Source: Selaginella moellendorffii
Lineage: Eukaryota; Plantae; Lycopodiophyta
DNA length: 64,000 bases
Assembly (NCBI RefSeq): GCF_000143415.4
Contig: NW_003314293.1
Coordinates: 1,618,457 to 1,682,456 of the forward strand
Direction of reading: 5' to 3'
Below are positions 38,187-50,950 of the stretch, piece after piece. Numbering within the stretch: the stretch's first letter is position 1; each line of letters begins with the position of its first letter. Made by a program: the position numbers and the translations under genes. Below the pieces are notes generated by a model, which was not told the origin of the DNA, did no database searches, and worked only from the letters and a program-made list of their open reading frames with translations.

Positions 38187-38651
38187 TCAGAAGGATTTTC
38201 TCCCCAAATCCTTGAGATCGCTGTCCTTGTTCTTGACGAGCAGCAGCATCTGCTCGAACTGGCGGGTGTCGCAAGCGAATTTGAGGCCGCCGCTGTGCTT
38301 GAACCCAAACTCGGACGCGGATTCCTCGAGCAGCGGGCGGAACACGGGATGATTCAGGAGATGCGCTCGGATGATGTAGCGCTGCCTCTCCTCGCCCACG
38401 TACACCGCCAAGCAGCCCTTCGGGACGTCGCTGGAGATCCGGGCGCTGCTGCTGCCGCCGGAGCTGACGCTTCTTCTCGGAGGATCTAGCTTGCAATACA
38501 CGGCTTTGCGCTCCACGACGTTGGAAGTGGAGCAGCCCATGAGATTGAAGTGGAAGCCCAGATGGTGCTGGTGCTGCTCGTGCTGGGATCCCATCTTCTT
38601 GGCCTTGCTCACCACCAGGTTGTGGATGTTGTTGCTGCTGCTGTGGATCAT
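38187..38651 (-). CDS. SAUR: SAUR-family auxin-responsive protein
   Basis: DVPKGCLAVYVGEERQRYII...LNHPVFRPLLEESASEFGF...GGLKFACD. Start codon uncertain. Confidence 0.92.
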   Translation of the reverse strand: MIHSSSNNIHNLVVSKAKKMGSQHEQHQHHLGFHFNLMGCSTSNVVERKAVYCKLDPPRRSVSSGGSSSARISSDVPKGCLAVYVGEERQRYIIRAHLLNHPVFRPLLEESASEFGFKHSGGLKFACDTRQFEQMLLLVKNKDSDLKDLGRKSF

Positions 38652-39775
38652 ACTTTCTCTGGAACGGGAAATGCTCTCCCCTCTTTTTATTTGCGGAGAT
38701 ATGTGGGATTTGTGGCGAATTCCTGGAGATAAATGACAGATCTTTGGTTCAGCGTCCGCCTCGTGTGTGACGAAGAAAGCGCGCCAAGACAGATTTGCAA
38801 GATCGAAAATGGGGCCTCTGTGTAAGAACGCAAGACAAGAGCTAGAAGATGACCTCCCTTATATCACACACACTAAGAGATCATGAGAAACGAGAGATTA
38901 GACAAATCTTTGTGAGGATTTGGAGAGCGCTCTAGAGAAATTACCCCTTTTTTGGGGGAATTTGACTAGGCAGCAGACATATCTACATGCCCCACTCTTT
39001 CTCTCCCTTTCTTTTGTTTTGCTTTACCGCCACCTTCGCTAACACTTGAGCGCAAGCGCCAGCCAACGTCTCCTCGTTTAAAATGTAAAATGTACCTAAA
39101 GCGGCCTTTGTGTAAAGTTTGTGAAGAAATTTATTCTACCCCACACTTCACGAGAGGCCCACACAACACTCTTTCCCCCAAATGGCTTGAAGCTTTGCTG
39201 TAAATTATGACCGTCATCGTGGAGACCACTGAACTACCACCCAAGAACAAAATGAAAAGAAAATTGCCCAATTGCAAGTGTTTGTGCTTGAATTCTGAAA
39301 AATTCTTGCATGCGAAGGTACGGAGAGAGTACCCGCAAGTGCACCTTGACGGATGTGTATGTAGAACAGTCTCCATACAGTACATACACGTATCCTACGT
39401 TGTAGACTTGGACCCACGGGAAAAGATTCCAAACACCAGGTCGCACGGATTTGTCCTTCTGTACATTTTGTTTTTTTTTTGGAGGTCGAACCTTGAAATC
39501 AAGACTCAGTTGTTTCGTCGTTTCCACAATTTTCATTGTTTTTGCGTGGTTCCCGTCAGTTGTCCACTATCACGGAATATACCTAGACGAAATCTGATTG
39601 ATTTTGGTTGACTTGGCTCTGACAGTTTTTTTCCAAGAATTGGGAGGCTGAGTACTAATTTAGCTTGCTCTTGATTAATCTGTGGACGGGAAGGACGACA
39701 GGTAGCTGAGAATATCTAAGTTATAAGTCCAACAGGGTGGACTTTCAGATTCTGTGAACCCTCGCTACACCAGCT

Positions 39776-40604
39776 ATGGCTCCGGAGCTCCTCAAGCAAG
39801 GTAAAATTAGGAAGCAATATCTCAAATGGAGCAATGTGGTGACTGGGATTGTGTGAAAGGTCTTGTAATTGAAGGGACTCAGTTTCCTCCAGGTTTGACA
39901 TCTCCGGTTTCACAGAAAAGCCTCTTCCTCGCTGGAGCTGGTAAATTTCCTGCCATGTTTCTTGTCCAGAGCTATTGATTGTAATGCCAGTGTCTTTCAG
40001 GTGTCCGGAACATACAGATAAATCCCCAAGTGACCATCACTGTCACAGTTTTGGGATTTTACTTCGAGGACGGCATCTTGAAACATCTTTCCGGGAAATG
40101 GTCGGGCAAATCTGGCTCGGAGCTGGAGAAGGAGGACGATTTCTTCACGGATATCATCAATGGTATGTATGACACTGTTGCAATCCAATCCAAGGTTTTG
40201 ATCTACTCTTTCTTACGCTAGCTCCATCCGAGAAAATCTTTAGCGTGACGATGCTCAAGCCTCTTCCTGGCACCGACTTCTCAAAGAAAGTCATGGAGAA
40301 CACAAAGCAAGTGCTGGCCGAGTCGAATTCTCTTGGCGAGGACGAGGAGAAGGCAATTGAAGAGTTCTCCAAACTTTTCGAGGACCAGGCCCTCAAGCCA
40401 GGAATGGGGCCGTTTTACGTGTCTTCCTCCTCCGGCCTTGGAGTCGGCTTTACGGACCCAGACGAGCCATCCAACTTAAAAATCTCGTCTTCGATAGGAA
40501 ACGTGAAGTTTGCAAACGCTCTCCTGAGCACCATGATCGGGAAGAACCCGGTGTCTCCAGCTTCGAAAGCTTGTATCGCGCAACGCCTCTCAGCGCTACT
40601 GTAA
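39776..40604 (+). CDS. CHI: Chalcone isomerase (type II-like residues)
   Basis: Exons 39776-39800, 39860-39940, 40001-40162 and 40222-40604. LFLAGAGVR, TVLGFY, KWSGKSGSEL, KKVMEN, STMIGKNPVSP. Confidence 0.9.
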
Positions 40605-40666
40605 TCGAACGTTTCGAGAGTTTACCATCTCTTTGTGTAGTAAGATCAAACGAATACCTCACGGGA

Positions 40667-42140
40667 TTAACGTTGACGTATGTTCTTCGTGATCTTAAAT
40701 TTGGACCACTGCTCATTCCTTGGAACAAAATCCGGCCTCACCACCAATCCCTCTCGTCAATCCTGACGTAAATCCCCTCCACGGCTCCATCCCTGTCCGC
40801 CGAGTTGCAAGACATCAGCAGCTTCATCCACTTGGCCTTGCTCTTGACCAGCATCCCATCAACCATGAAGATCCCGGGAACTTTTTCTATCGACTCCTCC
40901 TCAGCTCGTTCGCTTGCTTGATCCCAGCGTTAAACCTCTCCCGGCTGTAAAATCTCTCCTTTTCAACGTCCAGGATGTCAAATGCGATGAAGTAGTCCGG
41001 TATCCTAGTAATGGATCGAGTGAATGGCCACCATCCACTCGCCATAGAGTATCATCTTTCCCGGCTCGTCCCCCAGCAAGCGAAACAGCCTTTCGTTGTG
41101 CTCAGTAATCCACCGGTCCAAAACTTCGTACTCGAGGATATGAAGTGAGAGCGGTTCTGTGTGGGCGTCGTAACCCAAGCTAAAGGCCATGTTTGCTCCA
41201 TCGATCTTCGCCTCAAAGCCGTCGTCATCTCCAGTGCGGTGCTCAAGTCCGCCACCAAGTCGTCCGGTGTGCCGCTCTTTCCCCCGGTGTCAAACCCGTG
41301 GAAACTTGATCATCCTTGTTCCGCTCGAGTATTGCAGCGATGTGGACACCACGACCTCCGGCTCGGCTTCCGCTATTTTCTTGTCCTTCTGTTTTTCTTC
41401 TCCAGTTGGGATCGATGCTTTCTTTAGCTTGTGTCGATGTGATTTTCTCTTTAGTTTATTTTTGAGTGATCTTCTCAGCTGTAGCAGCAGCAGCAGCTCC
41501 TTTCTTCGTCCATCTTTCCACCTAAGGGCTCAAGCCATACTGGTAAGCCCTGGTTTGCCGATATCGCGGTTGGACAAACTTCACCTTCACCTCCATGGAA
41601 TCCAGGAGTTGCTCCACAAAAGGCTGGTATACCTTTTCACAAAGTCCTCCAGCCACTTAGTTTCCAAGACGCAGCTCAATGGCTTTGGCGGCGTCCTTTG
41701 GGATGGAAATGTGTGAGCGTTCATCTTCTCACCGCGCGGTACAGTCGAGAAGCCTTGCAAAAGGGTCTACCATGGCTCACGAAATAGCACGCCAGGACGG
41801 TACCGCCGGGCATGGTGATGGAGGAATGGAGCATTTCCGAATTTCCTCCTCTTCCTTTAAGCGCCAAGAAGATGGAGTTTGCAAATTGTTTCCATCCACG
41901 TCACTCCACAAGGTGCTATTCGCCGCGGAAGAACTCCTGGGCTCAAACGCTGGCACTTCCCAGCTCCAGCTCCGGAATGCCGACGACTCTCCCATCCTGG
42001 TGAAGATGCTACACTCGACTCCATAGCCTGGCATGATTCACTCCACTCAGGAAAGATTTAAGAATGGACTCACCATGGCAGGAAACGAGAGCTTTCACTT
42101 CCTGGTCCTGAACTCCGCTAGAACCCTAAACTGGTACCAT
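40667..42140 (-). pseudogene. Dual-specificity-phosphatase / ATP-dependent RNA ligase fusion, decayed
   Basis: Fragments in order: GTVLACYFV, LETKWLEDFVKRYTSLLW (DSP); MIKFPR, GTPDDLV, EAKIDGANMAFSL (KxDG motif I), QNRSHFI, ILYGEWMVAIHSIHY, DYFIAFDI, VEGIYVRID, VVRPDF (ligase). Many frameshifts. Confidence 0.8.
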
Positions 42141-42194
42141 AACAAACAAGATAGCTCTTTATTGATGGGATAACGTGGGACTGTGGATCAGATC

Positions 42195-42630
42195 ACACTG
42201 GTCGGCATCCTCGCGGGAGATTGCAAGAGTTAAAGCATGCATTCCTATTCAGAACGCCTCCGCAAACCACTCGAGTGTACTGGCACACAGCTGGGCAAAC
42301 TGGAAAAGCCAACGTTATATAAAAATGGAATAAGATCTAATACTAGATCATGTAAGATTGATCGCTCACCTCGCTGGAGGAGCGCCCGCTGTCCAGCAGC
42401 TTCAGCTTGCATCGCACCCCCTGATACATGAACAAGAATTAGAAAGAATCTTCACTCAAGCGGAGATTATACCCAAGAGAACCAGCAGCACCACAGCAAT
42501 TGCAATGACACTTGTTGATTTCATCGCCATTTCCAATCCAAGCACAGAAAGTAACACACTCTGATTTTATAACCGCTGTGATTTGTGACTTTTCTGCAAT
42601 CAGAAAAGTCAAGCCTCCCAAGTGAGACTA
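42195..42630 (+). repeat. ~430 bp dispersed repeat, with inverted copies at 63375-63776 and (more degenerate) 62820-63150
   Basis: GGCATCCTCGCGGGAGATTGCAAGAGTTAAAGCATGCATTCCTATTCA and CAGAAAAGTCAAGCCTCCCAA occur as reverse complements near 63720-63765 and 63385-63405. Confidence 0.85.
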
Positions 42631-44659
42631 GTCCTTCTTTAACAGTAAGTCGTGGTCATTCTACAAACGATCACGTGCATCTACCATATAAAACTCGAGT
42701 ATACTGAATTTTTAATTTGCCATGGTTTTTGGTTTAAGCACATATAAATGTCAAGTTTTCTCCAAATAGTGTCAAATACAAATTAAATACACTTACAAAG
42801 CCTAATGGACAATGCACAGTAAATTATTATTTTAGTAACATAGCTATTCAAAATTAAAACGTTTAATCTATTATTTGATAGGTATATATTCTTATTAATG
42901 TTGATATCTGTATGATCCAGATTTAATTTTAAATTTAATAGCTATGATTATTTTGAAAAATATAATTTATTTTGTGAGGTCCAATTGTACAACTATAATG
43001 CCACATATTATTATTAGTATAGTAGGATTTTGGTAGCCATTATATTGGTTTCAATCCACTCTTGCATATAAGCTAAGGTTTTTGGGTTAATCAAATATAT
43101 GTATTTCTGTATTCTATGCATTGAAAATTTTGATTCTCCCTCAAGGAGTGCTTTGATTTGTGCTTTTAATTTAGATTTAACTTATCATCTAGATCTCTTT
43201 TATTCTTCTAATTTTTTCCATTTCTTCTCATTTACTTTTCTTCTTTTCATTCATTTTCATATTAGAGAAATAGCCTCTTCTTCTTTTGACTTTGGAGTAG
43301 TAAGTAGTATAATTGCTCAATGCTATATGGTTGTAGTTGAACAATCAAACTTAGTTGATAGTGGCATTCACAACATGTGTATATAACTTCTTTTGCTCTT
43401 GCAAGCAAATTTTGTGTCTTGCCGAAGTTCTTCTATATGAATCTTAGGGATGATATATATTATTGGTTTAATCACTTTATAGTGATTGCCACCTATCATT
43501 CTTGGGATATTGCCTAATGTCTACACAAGTTTCCCATATATCTTAAAAGGATACCATTTCAATGGTATAATGGTTTAAGTGTAACTACTAGTATGGATTA
43601 CAACTTTCTTCTAAACATCTTAAATGTGCATTTAAACATGTTGACAATTGTGATAATATATTCTAGCAATTCCATTGTCTCTATTAAGGGTTGTCTGACT
43701 TCATTATGCAATTTGATGTTCACTTTTAAAGCCTTTTTCTTTGTGTGGAGCAAAATATATTAGAGCAGATTAAATTAGGAATATTGTGGTTAACGCTTTA
43801 TCAACATCTTGTGGGACTAAATGCACTTGCCCCAACCACCTTTGATGACGCTTTTCAACTAACTATAAAGAACAACTCAAAAAATGATCTATGATTTAAA
43901 TATAAAGGGAAAGGGCCCATGAATAAAATTACACCCCTTTTTCAATTAGTTAAGGATATTAAAATATTTATGGTTAAGCATCTTTGGGTTCAAATAGTAC
44001 TAAGCTAGATGACTTCCCGAAAAATCCAAATTAAAGAGTTTATATTTGGTATTAGAAGGGTTTTAAATTTGACTTTGTTGATTACTTAAATCACACTATA
44101 TATTGTGATTGATATTAATAGGTTTAGTTTGCCTCTAGCTGGGTGTTAAAAGAGTAGGGCTCTTAGGGAAAGCTATAGCTCTTAGCTTCCATTCACGAGA
44201 GCGTGAACTTACAAGAAAGTGTAATAGATCTTAAACAGCCAAAGTTAATGACTCGAGAAAGAATCCATAATATTTAAATATAAAAGAAAAAGGCCTATGA
44301 ACAAGAGTGCACCCCCTTTTCCAATCAGTTAAAGGTTTTGTGATATTCAGGATTAAACATCTTTGGGTTTGAATAATACTTTTCATTTCATATGAAAGAT
44401 AATTTTGTTCCAATGGGTTATTGCCCGTATTAAAGAACAAAAGCAAGGAAGTGGTTATGGTTAATATCATGTTGGTGCTACTATGGTGGAAGGTATTAAT
44501 ATAAAAATTCTTTAAGGAAATAAGAATTGTACAAGTAATGGGGAGTTTTTCTATGATTCTGTATCAACTATTGTTTGTTAAATAATGTGATGATCCCAAA
44601 TATGTATCTACTTTCTTATACTATTAATCTTCTAGAATTGTTTAGGGTGCAGTCATTAA

Positions 44660-45630
44660 TTTAATAAATTAGACTTTACTTCAGGATATTGACAAATGCT
44701 AATGGCTAAAGAGGATATTCCTAATATTACTCCTTGTACACTATTTGGTTTTTATAAATTTTTGGTAATGCCATTTGGTTTGAATAATGCTCTAGTTACT
44801 TTTCAATAGATAATGAATAAAATTCTTTATGATATGCCCAAGGTGACTATTAACTTTATTAATGATCTTTGATCCACTCAAAGGGGACATAGGAAGAGCA
44901 TATTCATGATGTTTGCAAAGTGTTGGATTGATTGCAAAAAGTTGGTTGGAAACTTAAAGCAATCAAAATGCATAATTGGATTTAAGGACATGAGTTATCT
45001 TGGGTATTGTATTTTTTATAAAGGTTTACAAGTTGATCATAACAAATTTATGGCTATTTTGAAATTCCTTACTTTAAAGTATGTGAATGATGTGCAACAC
45101 TTACTCAATAGGTGTAATATCTTGGTTGTTTTATTAATTATTTTTTGATTGTACTACATTATTATAAATTTTGTTGAATTTGTTAATATCATTTTTCATT
45201 TAGTCTGAGAATTAAGAACAAAAATTTGTGGATCTCAAAGAGTTATTCAAGAACCTTTTAGTTTTAGCATATGTTAATTATACTCAACCTTTCATTTTGT
45301 GCATAAATTCTTTTAATATTGGTCTTGGGGTGTGCTAATGCAAGAAATCATAAATATATTTGTTTGGCTTCATCTTATTACATACATTAATTATACATTA
45401 CAACTAGTAGAGGTGAACTACTCACAACAAAGAAAAAGTGTAGTTTAAGGTTTTAAAAAGTTTTATGTGTACTTGCATAGTTCTTAGATATTACTAAAAG
45501 GTGTGGTTACTTCATTATTGAAACAAATAAATTTTATTAATTATACTGTTTAGTGGTTGAAGTTTCAAATATATAATTTTGTGGTTGTTCACCACCCAAG
45601 GAGTTTTATAATTGATGTTGACACCCTTTC
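44660..45630 (+). mobile_element. Decayed Ty3/gypsy RT-RNase H
   Basis: LDFTSGY*Q...EDIP...FGFYKFLVMPFGLNNA.VTFQ, YLGY, GLGVC.MQ, with stops and frameshifts. Confidence 0.85.
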
Positions 45631-48600
45631 TTGATCTTCTCTATCTTTTTTACTCTATTTTCATATTCCTAATAAATTTGTTATTCTAGCATTAATGGAT
45701 TTTCTAAATGAGGATTCCATAATATTAGTGATTGTTGTACTTAATGTTTAATGTCTACAAAGTGTGAAGCAAGATTTACCTTCTTTTATCAAGGTTCATG
45801 AGGCTCAAAAAGTTAAATTATATATCCAAAGGCTTTGTGCTGAGCTTACCAATCTTGCATCACTTATAAATGACTTATCATACTATTATTTATATTTTCA
45901 ATATCACTTCAAGGCAGACTTTCTTTACTTTATCAAGATTAACCTTGATGAATAGAAGAATAAAAATAAGAGAGCTATGATAAACATAAAGAAAGCATGG
46001 AATATAGATTAAAAGCACCACTAAAAATAGGCATATAAGGCATATGAAAGCCGTAAATGTTTCTTTGTCAAATTGCTAATTTACTTTATTTATTTAACAA
46101 ACTTTTACGTTAGTCATAGCTAAATTCCCTTGCTAAAGTCCACTCATATTATATCAAATCCTACTTATTTTTACTTTACTTCAACAATTGCACAAATAAT
46201 GAAATGTTATCCCCCTCTTCATAGATTCCCAACTTTCTTCTCCAATCCCTCTCCTTGGGATAAATTAGATTTAAAGTTCGGTTATACTCCTTACAAGTAC
46301 AAACAACTAAACACACTAAGCTTCCAAACTTTTAACATCCTTTAATATAACAAGATTTATTCATAAAACCCTTTAATTAAATACATCTTCTAATTTGGGG
46401 CCTCAAGGGAAAATAATGGTTTAATAGTCCAATATAAGTATCTTAATTTCCCACCTCTATCCCAAAGGCAAGGTATAAGCCCCTTAAAAAGGGTGAAGAT
46501 CAATAAACTTTATAGTACTCATTATTGATTTTTTTTTCTGGGAGTGGGAGTTGCTTTTAAATATGTCTTTGAGGGGCCTCTTTAGCATCTCTCAAACTAA
46601 TGCTCACTCCTATCTAAGGCTACTAACCTGACCCAACATAGTTCAGAAACACTACTAAAAAATTCTTTCAAGACTAGGTCTTTAGCTTCACTCTCTTTAT
46701 CATACTTTTGGAACCCCCTATACCCAACCCCCTGGGAAATAAACATTTTATGCTTTCACTCCATGACTTGTATTAGTATTTGTACTTAGTATTGGACTCA
46801 ATTTTGATTTAAACTCTTTATCATTTTAATCATAATTTTAAGATTCTTTAGCCTAAAACATTTGTAGGATTAATTAAGTTTTTTCAATATGGGTATTAAA
46901 CTTCTTTTATGAGTGGTGAAATTATAAGGAAAAAAATCCCTAAGCTTGTTAACCATGGGTCTGAAGCATCCCCAATAGTGTGCCTAAGTCAAGCTTCCTA
47001 ATTAAAAACCCATGACAACGAAATTTAAATGTCTCTATACCTTCCACTTCACCTCACTCTAGTATCCCTTAGATACTAGGGAGTTGGGACTTGAAACCAA
47101 CTTTTGCAAAATATGTTTATAGATTTGACATCCCTTTATGGGATCGAACATAACTTTTTACACCTGGTCAACTTAACTAATGTAAGGACTCTGATCTCTA
47201 TCATACTCCTTGCATTGAATGAACAAGACAAATGAGGAATCAAAAGGAATTGATAGCTAGCAAGTAGGGAATGGAATAAGAGGGATGAAGAGAGAGAAAG
47301 AAAGAGTATAGAGAAAATAATAACCTTCCCTAAGCTTGTGTCATCCCTCCTTATATCTAGTGTGAGTATTAAGCTTTTAACAAGTCATCCCTCCTTAAAA
47401 ACTCTAGTCCTCCAAAGGTTTTAAAGTTGTTCATTTGTCACCCAAGTACATTTGTTATCATCAAAGCCTTCCCAGTATATCCTATGATGACAAAGAGCCT
47501 AGTTACAAAGCTTTTACTTCTACATTTCAATGACCCTTTCTTGCCACATGAGAATTTATCTATCCTTGCTTACCAGCTGATTTGGAATTTGGATTAAATG
47601 CAGCTGCCCTGAGGTCAGCCACATGGAAAATGTCATAAAGCCTTGTTCCTAGCGGGAGTTTGACACAATAAGCCAACTCATTAAATGCCTCAACTACCTA
47701 TAATAGACCAAATAATTGAGGCTGAAATTTCTCCTCCCCAAGGTATATCTCTCGAGCTTGAACTTTATGTAGACATAGTCCCTAATTGAGAATTGTTTAG
47801 ATGAGTGATGTTGATTATAGAAAAATTGCATAGACACTTGAGCAGATTCCAACCTTTACTTTGTTAATTGCTAATTGCTAGATTTCATGTATTCCTTACA
47901 AATGTTCCTCAACATCTAGAGGTAGTGAGCCATCCATTACCAGAGCTAGCAAAGAGAACTACTGTCTATATAGTTTTTGGAACGAAGATATTCCCAAGGA
48001 CATATATTGTGTAGAATTATAAGTGAATTCTTCAAACAATAGCCATTTCACTTAGCTGCCTAGCTTGTCTAAAGTGTCTCTTGAGGAAGGTTTGTAGCCC
48101 TTCATACCGGGAAACCACTCTTGCAGCAACCACAGTGAGTTGAATCCAACCATTCTCTAACAAATCAATATGGTGCCAAACTTGGACTCCATAAAGCTAG
48201 ACCTTTCCAAAATCTAATGGTAACAGGTTTGGTAGAGGGTTGCAGGCTTAGCATACACATGTGGATCTTTGTGAAAGCAAGTGAAACACTTTTGTGAATA
48301 TGAAACTTTGCTTATAAACGAAGTTATAGATAAGTTTTTCCATGCATGCCCATAACTTTTTTTGCATGCCATATATAAAAATCCAATCCCACATCATTAG
48401 GGAGTCCAACTCAGACATTTGCCACATAAGTATAGTCACATATTTTAGGGCTTTTAGGCCACACAATACAGAACCATGATTTATGTGTATTCACAATACA
48501 CTCTTGATTAGCAATTGGTATTAGCTCAACACAATGTCATAAATGAGATTGATTAGGAAACATTTTTGCTGTGTGGGAGCTTGTTTTGTGCAAGGCTTTG

Positions 48601-49797
48601 TCATAAAGAGTGTCCACTTCCTTATAGGGGGCCTCTAGCTTCTTATGTAGAGTGTCACTTGAGACCTAGATGTAGGGTGCCTCCACCACCATATATGGAG
48701 CTTGGTCAGTACCACCTCATCCACTTTGGAGGCTCTTCACATGATGGGTCCTTGTGTTGAGCCTCATTATTTGTTGCATCAATTGTCACAAATGTGATTG
48801 TGGGTATCAAAAGTTACTTATCAACTAATCCTTTTAAATATTCTTTTTTTACTACCACGACGGCAGGAGGTCCATATTGTTAGACCCTTTATCAATCTTT
48901 GCCTAAGCTAGTTGAAAAACTAGTCATCACATATGCACTTAGACGGAAAGGGCTTTAAAGAAGGAAATCCTAAGTTGCCATTTAGTTAAGTATACTTGAC
49001 ACGGTGATGAGAAACTTATGTTGTTGACTTGCACTTGCTAGTGTTGAGAACCCCTGTGATATTAAGTTTGGTCCCTCAATACTCACTAAATCATAGCTTA
49101 CCGTGTCTACCAAACACTCTTGCTATCATGCCCTTGCATTGGTCATGTTCAATCCCAATTGCTATTTATGGAAAGTGTTTAGAGTTGCTAATTTAGTATA
49201 TCTACGAAATGTAGAGATTGTCTTGAATACAATGGTGTTAGTCATGTGTCCAAATTTGCAATCTAGTGTTATTCTATATTTAGTAAGTTTCAAACTTGTC
49301 CTAGAGAGTAACTTTTGGTATTAAAGGTGGATAAGGGTGAAAGCCCAAAGCATGTGTTCCTCAAGGGGAAAGGGGGGGGGAGGTGTGGTGTTTCAAATGT
49401 ATAGTAAGGATAGTGAGTAGCTCAAGCATGGCTAACCAACCTATAGTTTAGCTCCCACTTGCGTGCTTATCTTTGTTTTGCATCTGACTTAGGTCTAAAG
49501 TTCCACACCATGCTAACTAGTGAACTACCCATATCCTTTTGTTAAGCTACCAGTATGCTAAAATAGTGCTAAACTCTATTTGGCTCTATTTTACATACTG
49601 CTCCTGGCATTAGGATGCTGTAAACAACCACAGAGAACGACTTAAGAGACGGTCTATAGGGTTCAAATATAGAAAAAAAGGGCCCATGAATAAGAGTGCA
49701 CCCCCTTTTCCAATCGGTTAAGGGTGTCCTTGGGTTTAAATACTATATATTTACTAAACTCAATCCTTTAATGAAACATTACACTTTTAGTAGCTCA

Positions 49798-50950
49798 TTA
49801 TAGGTGTCCTGAGACTAAGGCAAAGATCACAGAATTTACGGGCATACGCATCCAAAGATAAAGCCCCTGCTGAATCTCTAACAGCTGGTTCACGAGATCA
49901 ACCTTTTCAAACTTCTTGACAAATGAAGCATAAAAAACCTTTGTCAAATCAATCCAAGAAGTCGACTTTGGATTAACTTTGATGTAGTTCTTCCACCACG
50001 AATAAGCATGGCCCATAAGCTTCGTCACAAAAAAATTTATCTTCAACTTATCCTTACAAGGATTGTAAGACCAACAAATTTCCCACAATTCCAACCAAAA
50101 ATCAACCTCTTGACTATCACAAATATTTAGTGATGATTTCCATTCCACGATACCATAATCCTTGGCATGCTTGACATACTAATAGTAATCACGAACATGA
50201 GATCGATTTAACCCTTGAGGTCTATGTGAAGCAAGAAATCCTTAATGAGATTGATGGAATCCTTAACTTCCTTTATGTCACTCTGAACCTCAAAAATCTA
50301 GTATCCTTGCCACATAACGACATCATCAAGAGTCTCTTCTACATTGTTATGGCCATCATCACTAATGCCATACTCCTCATCAAGATCAATATCTTGCTCA
50401 CCCGCCATCCCCAAAAGAACATGTTGCTCTGATACCAATGAAATGAACAAAAGATTGAACCCTTGGCCAACCTCCCAACCCATCCCACAGGCCATGAAAT
50501 ATTCTTAAAATATTCTCTGGGTGTCAAAGAGGGCTAGGTGCTAAGTATTCCTAAGGCACTATGCTGCAAAGGAGAGGGAGAGAGCCATTAGGGTTCTGGT
50601 AGGACTGAGGTATTCCCTAATCCATCCTTGCTATGCTTTGAATAGATGTTTCCTGAGAGGGAGATCCAGCAGCCATGGGATGATCCAAGAGGCAGAGAGT
50701 CATGGATTCCAGAGAGGCAGAACTAAAGGGTTTGAGAGGGAGATAGATTTCCTGTCATGGACATGAGAGTGCTTAGATGCAAAGGGAGAGTGATCTCATA
50801 TTCATGTCATTGACATTGAGAGGGAGTGTCAGAGATATACAATCTCCATGACATGAGAGTCTATGTGACATGAGTGCCACATCACTGATCCAGATGTAGG
50901 ATAGTCACGACTATTGATCATGTATATGCATTATGATATATCAAAGTGAG
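49798..50950 (-). mobile_element. LTR retrotransposon 5' end: LTR, tRNA-Met PBS, gag fragment
   Basis: Minus strand ...CA TTGGTATCAGAGC, PBS at 50437-50426. gag-like WLELWE...KLMGHAYSWW. Far end of the LTR approximate. Confidence 0.8.

Noticed and set aside
36700-39000. Auxin-response elements around the SAUR pair
   Set aside because: Only isolated TGTC cores, no more than expected by chance.
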